From NCBI GenBank assembly GCA_965197795.1, contig OZ240228.1, positions 1,529,898 through 1,593,897 of the forward strand: a DNA stretch of 64,000 nucleotides, given 5' to 3'. Position 1 is the first letter of the stretch, and every line of letters starts with the position of its first letter. The translations under genes were made by a program, and so were the position numbers. The notes beneath the pieces were generated by a model. That model ran no database searches and was not told the DNA's origin. It saw only the letters and a program-made list of their open reading frames with translations. The stretch is from Dehalococcoidia bacterium (GTDB taxonomy: Bacteria; Chloroflexota; Dehalococcoidia; DSTF01; WHTK01). Of the stretch, positions 9,985-18,412 are shown in pieces.

Positions 9985-10227
9985 CTACACGTCCTCATCT
10001 TCCGTTTCGTCATCGAACAGCGACGTATCTTCCTCGATACCGAGCAGGCGCCGGCGCGCCTCATCATACTTGTACTTCGCGCGCGCTTCCCGATTAAGGA
10101 GCCCCTTCAGTTGGGGCGGAGGAATGCGCTGCTTCTCCAGGAAGAAACCGTGCAGCGCGCCGAGGTGACGCTGCCACGTCTCGTAGGCTTCTCTGTAGCT
10201 TGCCACCTTGTCTTCGGACTCGGACAC
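9985..10227 (-). CDS. hypothetical small acidic protein (80 aa)
   Basis: ORF with coding-like third-position bias. Co-oriented and upstream of 9497..9934. Confidence 0.35.
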   Translation of the reverse strand: MSESEDKVASYREAYETWQRHLGALHGFFLEKQRIPPPQLKGLLNREARAKYKYDEARRRLLGIEEDTSLFDDETEDEDV

Positions 10228-10270
10228 CGTCCAAGTATAAGACGAGTCGTCATGGCCTATCCTCTAGGCA

Positions 10271-11675
10271 ATGCGACCAAAGGACAGGCAAGGCACCGTC
10301 ATCGAACAGCTCCGGGCGCTGCTTGGGCCGGAAGGCGTCGAGGCTGGGCTGGACGAGCTGCGTCACTTCGCCGAGGACGCTCTGCGTGGTCGCGGCAGCG
10401 GTGACGCGGCGGCAACGCCGCTGGCCGTCGCCCGCCCTGCAACGGCCGCCGAGACTGCGGCGCTCCTGAGGTTCGCCAGCGATAGCGGCGTGCCGGTGGT
10501 CCCTTACGGCGCCGGCACGGGATTGATGGGCGGGGCGCGCAGCTATCGGCCCGGCATCTTACTCGACACGGTGAGGCTGGCCTCCATCGAGCCGCAACCG
10601 GCGGACAGGCTGATCTGGGCCGGCGCCGGCGCTGTCCTGCAGGATGTCGACGCCGCGCTCGCGCCTCACGGCCTCTGCCTCGGCCACGATCCGTGGACCT
10701 TCCCGGTCGCGACGGTCGGCGGCACGCTCAGCACCAATGGCCTCGGCTACAAGGGTGGCCGCTACGGCGGCATCGGCGATCAGGCCCTCGCGCTCGAGGT
10801 CGTGCTCGCGGACGGTACCCTGTTCCGCACCCGTGCGGTGCGCCGCCACTCCGCCGGACCCAACCTGGCGTGACTCTTCATCGGCGCCGAAGGTACGCTG
10901 GGCGTGATCACCGCCGCCGCCCTACAGGCGCACCGCGTTCCGGAGGCACAGGACCTGCGCGCCTTCAACTTCGACAGCTTCGAGCAGGGCTTCAAGGCCA
11001 TCGACGAGATCGCGGCTATGGGACTGCGGCCCTCGTTGCTCGACTACGGCGAGGAGCACGCATCTCCCTGGCCTGACCTTGCGCCGCGTCAGGATGAACC
11101 GCCGCTGCTCTACCTCGGCTTCGAAGGCCTTGGCGAAGAGGTCGACTTTTCGATGCGCCGTGCGTTGGCGTTAGTCGAAGCGAACAGTGGGCGCGAGCTG
11201 CCTCGCGAGCGGGCGCAGTCCTTCTGGCAACGCCGCCACGTCGTGGCGCAGCGATTCGCTCGTGGTGAGCCGCGTGACCGCGACCGGCGCAGCCCGGACG
11301 TGGCGTACGACTATTTGCACGTTGCCGTACCGCCATCGCGGGTTCTGGCGTTCCGCGAACGCTGCCACGCCGAGACCGCGAGTGCCGGAGTGGCGCTACT
11401 GGAGTGCGGACTGTGGACCGCGCCCGACTTCTTCTCCGCCGTCTTTGCCCTCCCCGTCGAAGGTGGCGGACAGGAACGCCTCGGTGTCGTCATGGATACG
11501 CTTTTACGAACCTGCCAGGACCTCGGTGGGTCTATGGAGTACGTCCACGGCGCCGGGCGGCAGGCTGGCCCACCTCATGCCGCGCGAGCACGCCGAGGCC
11601 TTCGACGTGCTACGCCGCATCAAAGCAGCGGTGGACCCGCAGGGAATTCTCAACCCCGAGAAGCTTGGTCTCTGA
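10271..11675 (+). pseudogene. FAD-linked oxidase (GlcD / D-lactate dehydrogenase family) disrupted by in-frame TGA and a frameshift
   Basis: N-terminal FAD-binding domain (VVPYGAGTGLMGG...). TGA at 10871-10873 interrupts ...SAGPNLA*LFIGAEGTLGVIT in the same frame; the canonical family has G.DLTRLF.GSEGTLG, i.e. Arg at this position. The C-terminus ...HGAGR jumps frame near 11550-11565 to ...LAHLMPREHAEAFDVLRRIKAAVDPQGILNPEKLGL, the canonical tail. Confidence 0.7.
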
Positions 11676-11790
11676 GCGATCGCGATGCGATAGGTCCGTA
11701 CGCACCTAGACCTACCGTCCCACGTGACCTAATGTCTGTTCGAAGCTGCGGGGGCCCGAGTAGCCCTCCCTTCTGAATCTGGGGGTCACT

Positions 11791-12708
11791 ATGGCCGGTC
11801 TAAAGGCTCTCATTCCGCTGGACGGGACCAAACTCTCTGAAACCGCCTACGAGCTGCTGCCCTTGCTCAAGACGCTCGGCGTGGAAGACATTCGACTGGT
11901 CAGCGTCTGGGAAAGCGCGTGGGAAGAAACTGAATCGGATGGCAAGAAGCAAGCGTTTGGAGAAGCAACGGAGAAGGGCCGGGCCTATCTGCAGGCGTAC
12001 CTTGCGCAACAGGCTGAGCAGGTCACCAAGGGCGGCTTCAGGGTCGAACATGAGGTACGCGTCGGCCGCGCTTCAGATGAGGTCCTGGCTGCCTGCGCCA
12101 ACATCGACCTCGTCCTGATCGCGACCCATGGACGCACCGGCGTTGCGCGTTGGTGGCTCGGCAGCGTTGCCGACCTCGTAATTCGGGAGGCTGGCTGCCC
12201 GGTGGTTGTCATCGGGCCCAACGTGAGCCAGGATCTGTCGCCGGCGGTCAAGCGCATCCTCCTGCCGCTCGACGGTTCTGCCGAAGGGGAGGAGGCCCTG
12301 CCGGTGGCGACCTGGATCGCCGGACTCACGGGCGCGGAGATCGACGTGGTGCGCTCCCTCTCGCTGACACCGGTTGCCTACGACCCCGGCACGGGGGTCT
12401 ATTCCGCGGACTTGATCGATTCCATGGAGGAGGCGGTGCAGGCCTATCTCGCGGAGATCAATACCCGGCTCGAGGGCAAGAAAGTTACGACGTCGATGCG
12501 CGTCGGTAGTCCAGGAGAGGTGCTCTACCAGCATCTCGAAGAGCGGCCGGTGGACCTCGTGGTCATGACCTCCCACGGACGCTCCGGGGTCCGGCGCGCG
12601 GCCCTGGGCAGTGTCACCGATCGGCTGCTGCACGGTCCAACGCCGGTCCTCGTAATTCGTGCCGGTGAGACGGCCGGCAACCTGGTCAAGCAAGCTCGAT
12701 CTGCCTAG
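11791..12708 (+). CDS. universal stress protein, tandem UspA domains
   Basis: Two UspA-like halves (LIPLDGT...ATHGRTGV...PVVVI and LLPLDGS...TSHGRSGV...PVLVI). Confidence 0.85.
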   Translation: MAGLKALIPLDGTKLSETAYELLPLLKTLGVEDIRLVSVWESAWEETESDGKKQAFGEATEKGRAYLQAYLAQQAEQVTKGGFRVEHEVRVGRASDEVLAACANIDLVLIATHGRTGVARWWLGSVADLVIREAGCPVVVIGPNVSQDLSPAVKRILLPLDGSAEGEEALPVATWIAGLTGAEIDVVRSLSLTPVAYDPGTGVYSADLIDSMEEAVQAYLAEINTRLEGKKVTTSMRVGSPGEVLYQHLEERPVDLVVMTSHGRSGVRRAALGSVTDRLLHGPTPVLVIRAGETAGNLVKQARSA

Positions 12709-12840
12709 CAAAACACAACGCGGCACTGGACAGGCACGCCTGGGAATTGTGCTATCCTTTCCGGCGCAACCATAGTTGAGCCGCGCCCCCGGCAACCCAA
12801 GGCCGACTCCGACTAGGAACACTAACAGGAGGCTTTCGAG

Positions 12841-13185
12841 GTGCCGTTCACAGACAAGACATTGGTGTGCGCAGACTGCGGACAGGAGTTCACCTTCGGC
12901 GCGGACGATCAGGAGTTCTACTCGACGCGCGGCTTCAGCGATCCCAAACGCTGCCGCTCCTGTCGCGCGCAGCGCCGCAACGGGCGCGAAGGCGAGATGG
13001 GCGGTGGAGGCGGCTTCTCGCGAGGCCCACGCGTCGAACGTGAGTTGTTCGACGTTGTCTGCAGCAGTTGCGGCCAGCAGACCAAGGTCCCCTTCCAGCC
13101 GCGCGGCGACCGGCCGGTATACTGCCGCGAATGCTTCGAGCGCGTCGGCAGGCCCAGCGGAGGTGGCGGCGGCACCTACAACTAG
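12841..13185 (+). CDS. duplicated CxxC zinc-ribbon domain protein
   Basis: GTG start 9 nt after AGGAGG. Two repeats of the C..C...C..C pattern (CADCGQEF...CRSCR and CSSCGQQ...CRECF) plus Gly-rich tails. Confidence 0.7.
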   Translation: MPFTDKTLVCADCGQEFTFGADDQEFYSTRGFSDPKRCRSCRAQRRNGREGEMGGGGGFSRGPRVERELFDVVCSSCGQQTKVPFQPRGDRPVYCRECFERVGRPSGGGGGTYN

Positions 13186-13206
13186 GCGTAGTAAGGACTC
13201 TTCCGA

Positions 13207-13243
13207 ATTGACCCGCCACGACGCTGAATGCTATATTCAGCGT
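13207..13243 (+). promoter_or_regulatory. putative sigma70-type promoter of infC with overlapping perfect 10-bp inverted repeat
   Basis: TTGACC (13207-13212), 18 nt, TATATT (13231-13236). GACGCTGAAT-gctat-ATTCAGCGTC (13219-13243) spans the -10 box, ~30 nt upstream of the infC start. Confidence 0.45.
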
Positions 13244-13275
13244 CAATCTAGGTTTGTCGATCGAGGCTGCTTGCC

Positions 13276-13848
13276 ATAGCCCGAGAACTCAGAGTCAACG
13301 ACCGCATCCGAGCCCGAGAAGTCCTCGTCATAGACGGGACCGGCGAGCGGCAAGGCATTATGCCTCTGACGCAGGCGCTTGAAATGGCGCAAGAAGCCGA
13401 CCTCGACCTTGTGGAAGTAGCCCCGACGGCCGTGCCGCCGGTCTGCCGCATGCTCGACTACGGCAAGTTCAAGTACGAACAAGCAAAGAAGGACCGCGAG
13501 TCGCGCAAGCTGCAACACGCGTCCGTGCTGCGTGAGATCCGCATGCGCCCCAAAATCGATACACACGACCTGCAGATGAAGGCCCGTAACGCGGAGAAGT
13601 TCCTCAAGAGCGGCGACAAGGTGAAGGTCACAGTCATGTTCCGGGGCCGCGAGATGGTCCATCCCGAGATCGGGCGCGCCATCCTCGAAAGGGTCGCCGA
13701 GCAACTCAAGGAAGTCTCGGTCATCGAGAAGCCGCCGAACATGGAAGGAAGGTTCCTCTCCGCCATCCTGGCCCCGGGTCACACCAAGACGGCCAGGGAC
13801 GAGGCCCCTACACCACAGCTCGCCGAACAGGAAACAACGAATGCCTAA
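13276..13848 (+). CDS. infC: translation initiation factor IF-3, probable non-AUG (ATA) start
   Basis: ...ELRVNDRIRAREVLVIDGTGERQGIMPLTQALEMAQEADLDLVEVAPTAVPPVCRMLDYGKFKYEQAKK...VKVTVMFRGREM matches IF3 throughout. The frame is open back to 13195 with no ATG/GTG/TTG before the conserved N-terminus. ATA at 13276 is preceded by GAGG with 9-nt spacing. infC is known to use AUU/AUA starts. Confidence 0.75.
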   Translation: MARELRVNDRIRAREVLVIDGTGERQGIMPLTQALEMAQEADLDLVEVAPTAVPPVCRMLDYGKFKYEQAKKDRESRKLQHASVLREIRMRPKIDTHDLQMKARNAEKFLKSGDKVKVTVMFRGREMVHPEIGRAILERVAEQLKEVSVIEKPPNMEGRFLSAILAPGHTKTARDEAPTPQLAEQETTNA

Positions 13849-14044
13849 GCTCAAGACCCACAAGGGCGCCAAGCGCCGCTTTCACATCACCGGTACCGGC
13901 AGAGTAATGCACCGCAAGGGTCGCATCAGCCATCTCCGGGAGCGCAAGTCGAGGCACGCTCGCCGGCAGATCGACAAGTACGTCATGGCTGCCGACCCGA
14001 TGCAGAAGCGCGTGCACCGGCTTTTGCCTTACGGCCTTCGCTGA
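13841..14044 (+). CDS. rpmI: 50S ribosomal protein L35
   Basis: MPKLKTHKGAKRRFHITGTGRV... Overlaps the infC end by 8 nt. Confidence 0.9.
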   Translation: MPKLKTHKGAKRRFHITGTGRVMHRKGRISHLRERKSRHARRQIDKYVMAADPMQKRVHRLLPYGLR

Positions 14045-14087
14045 TACGCTAAAGGCCTCGCCGCAATGAGGCGCTGAGGAGCCACCA

Positions 14088-14444
14088 ATGAGCCGCGTAA
14101 AGAGGGGCGTCACCGCCCGCCGACGCCACAAGAAGATCATCGAGCTGGCCAGGGGTCATAAAGGACAGCGCCATCGGCTGTTCCGTCGCGCCAACGAGTC
14201 TGTCCTGCACGCGATGGATTACTCGACGCGTGACCGCTACGACCGCAAGGGCGACTTTCGCCGTCTCTGGATCATGCGGATCAACGCCGCGATCCGGCCG
14301 CATGGCCTGTCCTACAGCCAGTTCATCCACGGCCTCAACCTCGCCGGCGTCAGCGTCGATCGGAAGGTCATGGCAGACCTCGCGGTGCGAGATGATGTCG
14401 CCTTTGGCGCACTCGCCACCAGAGCAAAAGCCGCCCTCGCTTAA
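14088..14444 (+). CDS. rplT: 50S ribosomal protein L20
   Basis: MSRVKRGVTARRRHKKIIELARGHKGQRHRLFRRANESVLHAMDYSTRDR... Confidence 0.95.
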   Translation: MSRVKRGVTARRRHKKIIELARGHKGQRHRLFRRANESVLHAMDYSTRDRYDRKGDFRRLWIMRINAAIRPHGLSYSQFIHGLNLAGVSVDRKVMADLAVRDDVAFGALATRAKAALA

Positions 14445-14464
14445 ACACTCTGCGAGAACCGAGA

Positions 14465-14495
14465 AGCCGGGCTCAGCCCGGCCTCTTTGTTTTCT
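14465..14495 (+). terminator. rho-independent terminator after rplT
   Basis: AGCCGGGC-tca-GCCCGGC followed by CTCTTTGTTTTCT. Confidence 0.6.
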
Positions 14496-14821
14496 GCGCC
14501 CGTCAGGTTACGGCAGATGAACTGATTGCGGGCTGAAGCACTCGTACCCGGTCTCGGCGTAAGCGGCGACGATCGGGCCATTAATGTCTCTGCCGGCCCG
14601 TGGTCGTGCACGAAGATCGTTGCCTCCGCTACAGCCGCATCGCCCAAGGCTTGGCATAGCGACGAGTACGGCAACGAGTTCTGGCATCCGCCTACGCTGT
14701 CCTCCAGGAAACGCGTACCCACGTCCAGCTTGCCGCTCGACCCGGCAGTGAAGCTGCCTCCGAAGTGCACCCCGATTCCGACGGGATTCACGCCTGTCGT
14801 CAGCGCTCGGCTCGTCGGTGG

Positions 14822-17233
14822 CTAACCCCCACGCAGCTCAGCGCCAACTTCGTGCTGCAGGCGCCGGACGATGCGTCCGCGTGCGTCCGCGACCTCTTGA
14901 TCGGTCAGCGTCTTCTCAAGCGACTGAAAGTGCACCGCGTAAGCCAACGAGCGCTTGCCTTCCGGTAGCGGCGGACCCTCATAGACGTCGAACAGCTTGA
15001 CCTGCGCGACTTGCGCGCTTGACGCGATCGCCTGGGTCACCTTCGCCGCCGGCACCGACGAGTCGACCAGCAACGCCAGGTCCTGGATCACTGCCGGGAA
15101 GCGTGACGTTGCCTGGTGACGCACCATGTCTTTCACCGCCGGCAACAACTTCTCGACGTCCAGCTCGAACAGGTATACCGGTCCGCTGATCTCGAACTGG
15201 GCCGCCACTTGGGGGTGCACCTGTCCCAGGACACCGGCTGGTTCGCCGTTTGAGGTGATCGCCGCCGTACGGCCACGCAGCAGGCCGTACTCCTCGGCAG
15301 CCTCGAAGCTGACCGCGGCGCCGATTCGCTCCACTGTGTCCTCCAGCAGGCCCTTTGTGTCGTAGAAGTCGATCTCATCCGTTGTCGGCTCGCCCCAGCG
15401 GCCCTGCCGCATTCCCGCGATCGCGCCAACGATCAACTCCCGCTCCTGCGGCAGGTCGCCTTGTAGCGTCATGTAGGCTCGCGCCGCCTCGAAGATCGCC
15501 ACCGTGCCGCGCTCGCGGCGTAGGTTAGCCGCGACCGCCTGCAGCACGCTCGCCCGCAGCGAGGTCCGCATGACGGACTGCTCCACGTTCAGCGGATTCT
15601 GGACTCTCAGCGGTGGATGAACCTCCAGGGCGTCCGCGGATTGAACCCACAGCAGCACATCCTGAGAGGTCAACGGATAGGTAATCACTTCTTGCAACCC
15701 GGCGGCTACGGCCGCGTCGCGCAGCCGTTCGCGCAGGTCTCGAATCGGGTCGACGTAGGGTTCAGGGATTGATCCGGCAAGCGAGAGCGATTCCAGGCGG
15801 TCATAGCCGACGACGCGAGCCAACTCCTCGGCCACGTCGTCCGCCTGGGTCACATCCGTGCGCCAGTACGGCGCGCGCACGATGTAGCGGTCCGGCGGCA
15901 CCCAGCGGCAACCGAATCCGAGATCGGTGAGCGCCGTGCGCACCTGCGTCGTGCTCAGATCGACGCCGAGGACCCGTTCGATGCGCTCCCGCGTAACCAC
16001 GACCCGCGTATCGGCGCGCTTCGCTGGGTAGGCGTCCACGATGCCTTTGGCTGCGCGGCCTCCCGTGTGATCGACCAAGAGCTTCATGGCGCGACGAATC
16101 GCGGTCGAGGCCAGCTCTGGATGCAGTCCCTTCTCAAACCGGATTGAGGCCTCCGTGCGCAGGTTCAGGGCACCGCTGGTGCGTCGCACGTTGACGGCAT
16201 CGAAGTTAGCCGACTCCAGCAGGATCGTCGTCGTCCCCTCGCCTACTTCGCTCTCGGCGCCGCCCATGACGCCGGCTATCGCCACCGGCTTGTTAGCGTC
16301 GGCGATGACGGGCATCTCGGCAGTCAGCTCACGCTCCACGTTGTCGATCGTCCTGATCCGTTCGCCTTCTACGGCGCGCCGCACGATGATCTTGTTCCCA
16401 CCCAACTTGCACAGGTCGAAGGCGTGCAGCGGCTGACCAGTTTCCAGCATGACGAAGTTAGTTATGTCCACAACGTTGTTGATCGGACGCATTCCGGCCG
16501 CTGTCAGGCGTTCCTGCATCCACTCCGGGGACGGACCCAGCTTGACCCGTTCGATGATGCCACCGAGATAACGGGCGCAAAGGTCCCGATCTTCGATCGT
16601 CGCCGTGGTGCGTGACGTCGCGACATTGCTGCCGGCCTCGGCATAAACGCACTCCGGGTCCCGTACCTTGACATGCGTCTGTGCCGCGACTTCCCACGCC
16701 ACGCCCAGCATCGACATGTGATCCGGGCGGTTCGGCGTCACCTCAATCTCGAAGATCGTATCGCCGTAGTAGTCCTGCAGCGCTTCCCCGATGGGGGCGT
16801 CGTCCGGCAGCTCCAGGATGCCCTCGTGGCTTTCCGAGATGCCCAGCTCCTTCTCCGAAAGCACCATGCCCGCCGACTCGACACCGCGAATCTTCGACGC
16901 CTTGAGTACGGACCACTCTCCGGTGTGGCCGTCGCGTAGCCGTGTTCCGGCCTGCGCAAACGCCACCTTGAGTCCGACCACTACGTTCGGGGCGCCACAA
17001 ACCACCGTGGGCTTTGCGTCCTCTGCCACATCCACCGTGACCAGGCGCAGGCGGTCCGCGTTGGGATGCGGGTTGACCTCCAGCACCTGCGCCACGCGAA
17101 CCCCTTCCCACTGATCGCGCTGCGAGATGACGCGCTCTACCTTGACGCCGCAGATGCTGAGGCGCTCCGCCAGTTCCTTGACCGGTAGAGTCAGCGGTAC
17201 GTAGTCGGACAGCCATTTCAGCGAAACGAGCAT
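14822..17233 (-). CDS. pheT: phenylalanine--tRNA ligase beta subunit
   Basis: 803 aa. tRNA-binding N-terminus, B3/B4 and B5 domains; typical PheT sequence throughout. Confidence 0.95.
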   Translation of the reverse strand: MLVSLKWLSDYVPLTLPVKELAERLSICGVKVERVISQRDQWEGVRVAQVLEVNPHPNADRLRLVTVDVAEDAKPTVVCGAPNVVVGLKVAFAQAGTRLRDGHTGEWSVLKASKIRGVESAGMVLSEKELGISESHEGILELPDDAPIGEALQDYYGDTIFEIEVTPNRPDHMSMLGVAWEVAAQTHVKVRDPECVYAEAGSNVATSRTTATIEDRDLCARYLGGIIERVKLGPSPEWMQERLTAAGMRPINNVVDITNFVMLETGQPLHAFDLCKLGGNKIIVRRAVEGERIRTIDNVERELTAEMPVIADANKPVAIAGVMGGAESEVGEGTTTILLESANFDAVNVRRTSGALNLRTEASIRFEKGLHPELASTAIRRAMKLLVDHTGGRAAKGIVDAYPAKRADTRVVVTRERIERVLGVDLSTTQVRTALTDLGFGCRWVPPDRYIVRAPYWRTDVTQADDVAEELARVVGYDRLESLSLAGSIPEPYVDPIRDLRERLRDAAVAAGLQEVITYPLTSQDVLLWVQSADALEVHPPLRVQNPLNVEQSVMRTSLRASVLQAVAANLRRERGTVAIFEAARAYMTLQGDLPQERELIVGAIAGMRQGRWGEPTTDEIDFYDTKGLLEDTVERIGAAVSFEAAEEYGLLRGRTAAITSNGEPAGVLGQVHPQVAAQFEISGPVYLFELDVEKLLPAVKDMVRHQATSRFPAVIQDLALLVDSSVPAAKVTQAIASSAQVAQVKLFDVYEGPPLPEGKRSLAYAVHFQSLEKTLTDQEVADARGRIVRRLQHEVGAELRGG

Positions 17234-17286
17234 GCCTTTTCGCCTGCCGGCGCCATCAATGACGCCTTGGGCGCAGGTCTCCTCTC

Positions 17287-18315
17287 CTAGAACTGGCGCA
17301 GGAAGCGCAGGTCGTTTGCGTAGAAGTGCCGGATGTCATCGATACCGTGCCGCAGCATGGCGATACGTTCGACGCCGAAGCCGGCCGCGAAGCCGGTGTA
17401 GCGGTCGGCGTCGTAACCGACGTTCTCGATAATCTCGCGGTGCACCATGCCTGCCCCGCCGATCTCGAGCCAGCCGTCGTTCCCGCAGGACCGGCAACCC
17501 TCACCGCCGCAGAGATCACACTGGATATCCACCTCCGCGCTCGGTTCCGTGAAGGGGAAGTAGTGACAGCGGAAGCGCACGGCGCGGTCGCGCCCAAAGA
17601 TCGTCTGGGCCATCTGGGTCAGCGTGCCCTTCATATGCGCCATGTTGATGCCATCGTCCACGGCCAGCAGCTCGATCTGAGAAAACATCCACTCGTGCGT
17701 CGCGTCCGTCGCCTCGTAGCGATAGACGCGACCGGGTACCGCGATGCGAATCGGCGGATCGTGCTCCTCCATGAAGCGAATCTGATTTGGCGAAGTGTGC
17801 GTCCGCAGAAGGATGCGGCCCTGGTCGGACGGGTGGTCGACCCAGAACGTGTCCTGAGTGTCGCGCGACGGATGGTGTTCGGGAATGCGCAGCGCGTCGA
17901 AGTTGTAGTGCTCCCACTCGACTTCCGGCCCCTCAACGACCTGGAACCCCATCTCGCCCAGCGACGCGAGCAGGTCGCGGACCGTCTGCGTAATCGGATG
18001 CAGTCTCCCGACAAGGCCGCGACGCCCCGGCAACGAGACGTCGATCGAGCCCGCTTCGAGAACCTCGATCGCGCTGCGCTGTAGCTCGTCGCGACGTGTC
18101 TCCAACGCCGTCTCAAGTTCGCCACGCAGCGCGTTGGCGGCCGCACCGGCTTCGCGACGAAGCTCCGGCGTCAGCTCGCTCAAGCCGCGCAGCAAAGCCG
18201 TCACGACTCCCTGGCGGCCCATGTAGGCGCCACGCCAGGCGGCCAGATCTTCCTCCGTCGCGACGGCCGAGAGATCTGAGAGAGCGCGAGTACGAATGGC
18301 GTCAGCGTCGGCCAT
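17287..18315 (-). CDS. pheS: phenylalanine--tRNA ligase alpha subunit
   Basis: Class II aaRS motifs (FRCHYFPFTEPSAEVD, GAGMVH). Start moved to the internal ATG (MADADAIRT...; complement at 18313-18315), giving 343 aa. The longer ORF-track start would overlap the promoter. Confidence 0.9.
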   Translation of the reverse strand: MADADAIRTRALSDLSAVATEEDLAAWRGAYMGRQGVVTALLRGLSELTPELRREAGAAANALRGELETALETRRDELQRSAIEVLEAGSIDVSLPGRRGLVGRLHPITQTVRDLLASLGEMGFQVVEGPEVEWEHYNFDALRIPEHHPSRDTQDTFWVDHPSDQGRILLRTHTSPNQIRFMEEHDPPIRIAVPGRVYRYEATDATHEWMFSQIELLAVDDGINMAHMKGTLTQMAQTIFGRDRAVRFRCHYFPFTEPSAEVDIQCDLCGGEGCRSCGNDGWLEIGGAGMVHREIIENVGYDADRYTGFAAGFGVERIAMLRHGIDDIRHFYANDLRFLRQF

Positions 18316-18349
18316 GGATGCTCCGTGCAGCAGTCTAAGAGTAGGGGCA

Positions 18350-18399
18350 TTATCGGGGCGTGACCGAACTGGGTCAACGCGCTGCCGCGCTCCCGCGGT
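18350..18399 (-). promoter_or_regulatory. putative pheST promoter plus palindrome
   Basis: On the minus strand TTGACC (18373-18378), 17 nt, GATAAT (18350-18355). CGCGGT-g-ACCGCG palindrome at about 18387-18399, just upstream of -35. Confidence 0.5.
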
Positions 18400-18412
18400 C
18401 ACCGCGTGTCTT

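Noticed and set aside
10871-10873. In-frame TGA as selenocysteine
   Set aside because: The position aligns to a non-catalytic conserved Arg (CGA to TGA) and a second frameshift is present downstream. A nonsense mutation or base-call error is more parsimonious than Sec.
14441-14791. 116-aa ORF immediately downstream of pheT
   Set aside because: Third-position GC of ~55-60% against ~85% for real genes here, no motifs, and it overlaps the rplT terminator. Listed only as a low-interest finding.
18384-18412. CGCGG-tca-CCGCG plus T-run on the plus strand as an intrinsic terminator
   Set aside because: No plus-strand gene ends here. The palindrome lies just upstream of the minus-strand pheS -35 box and is more likely an operator or the end of the upstream minus-strand gene.
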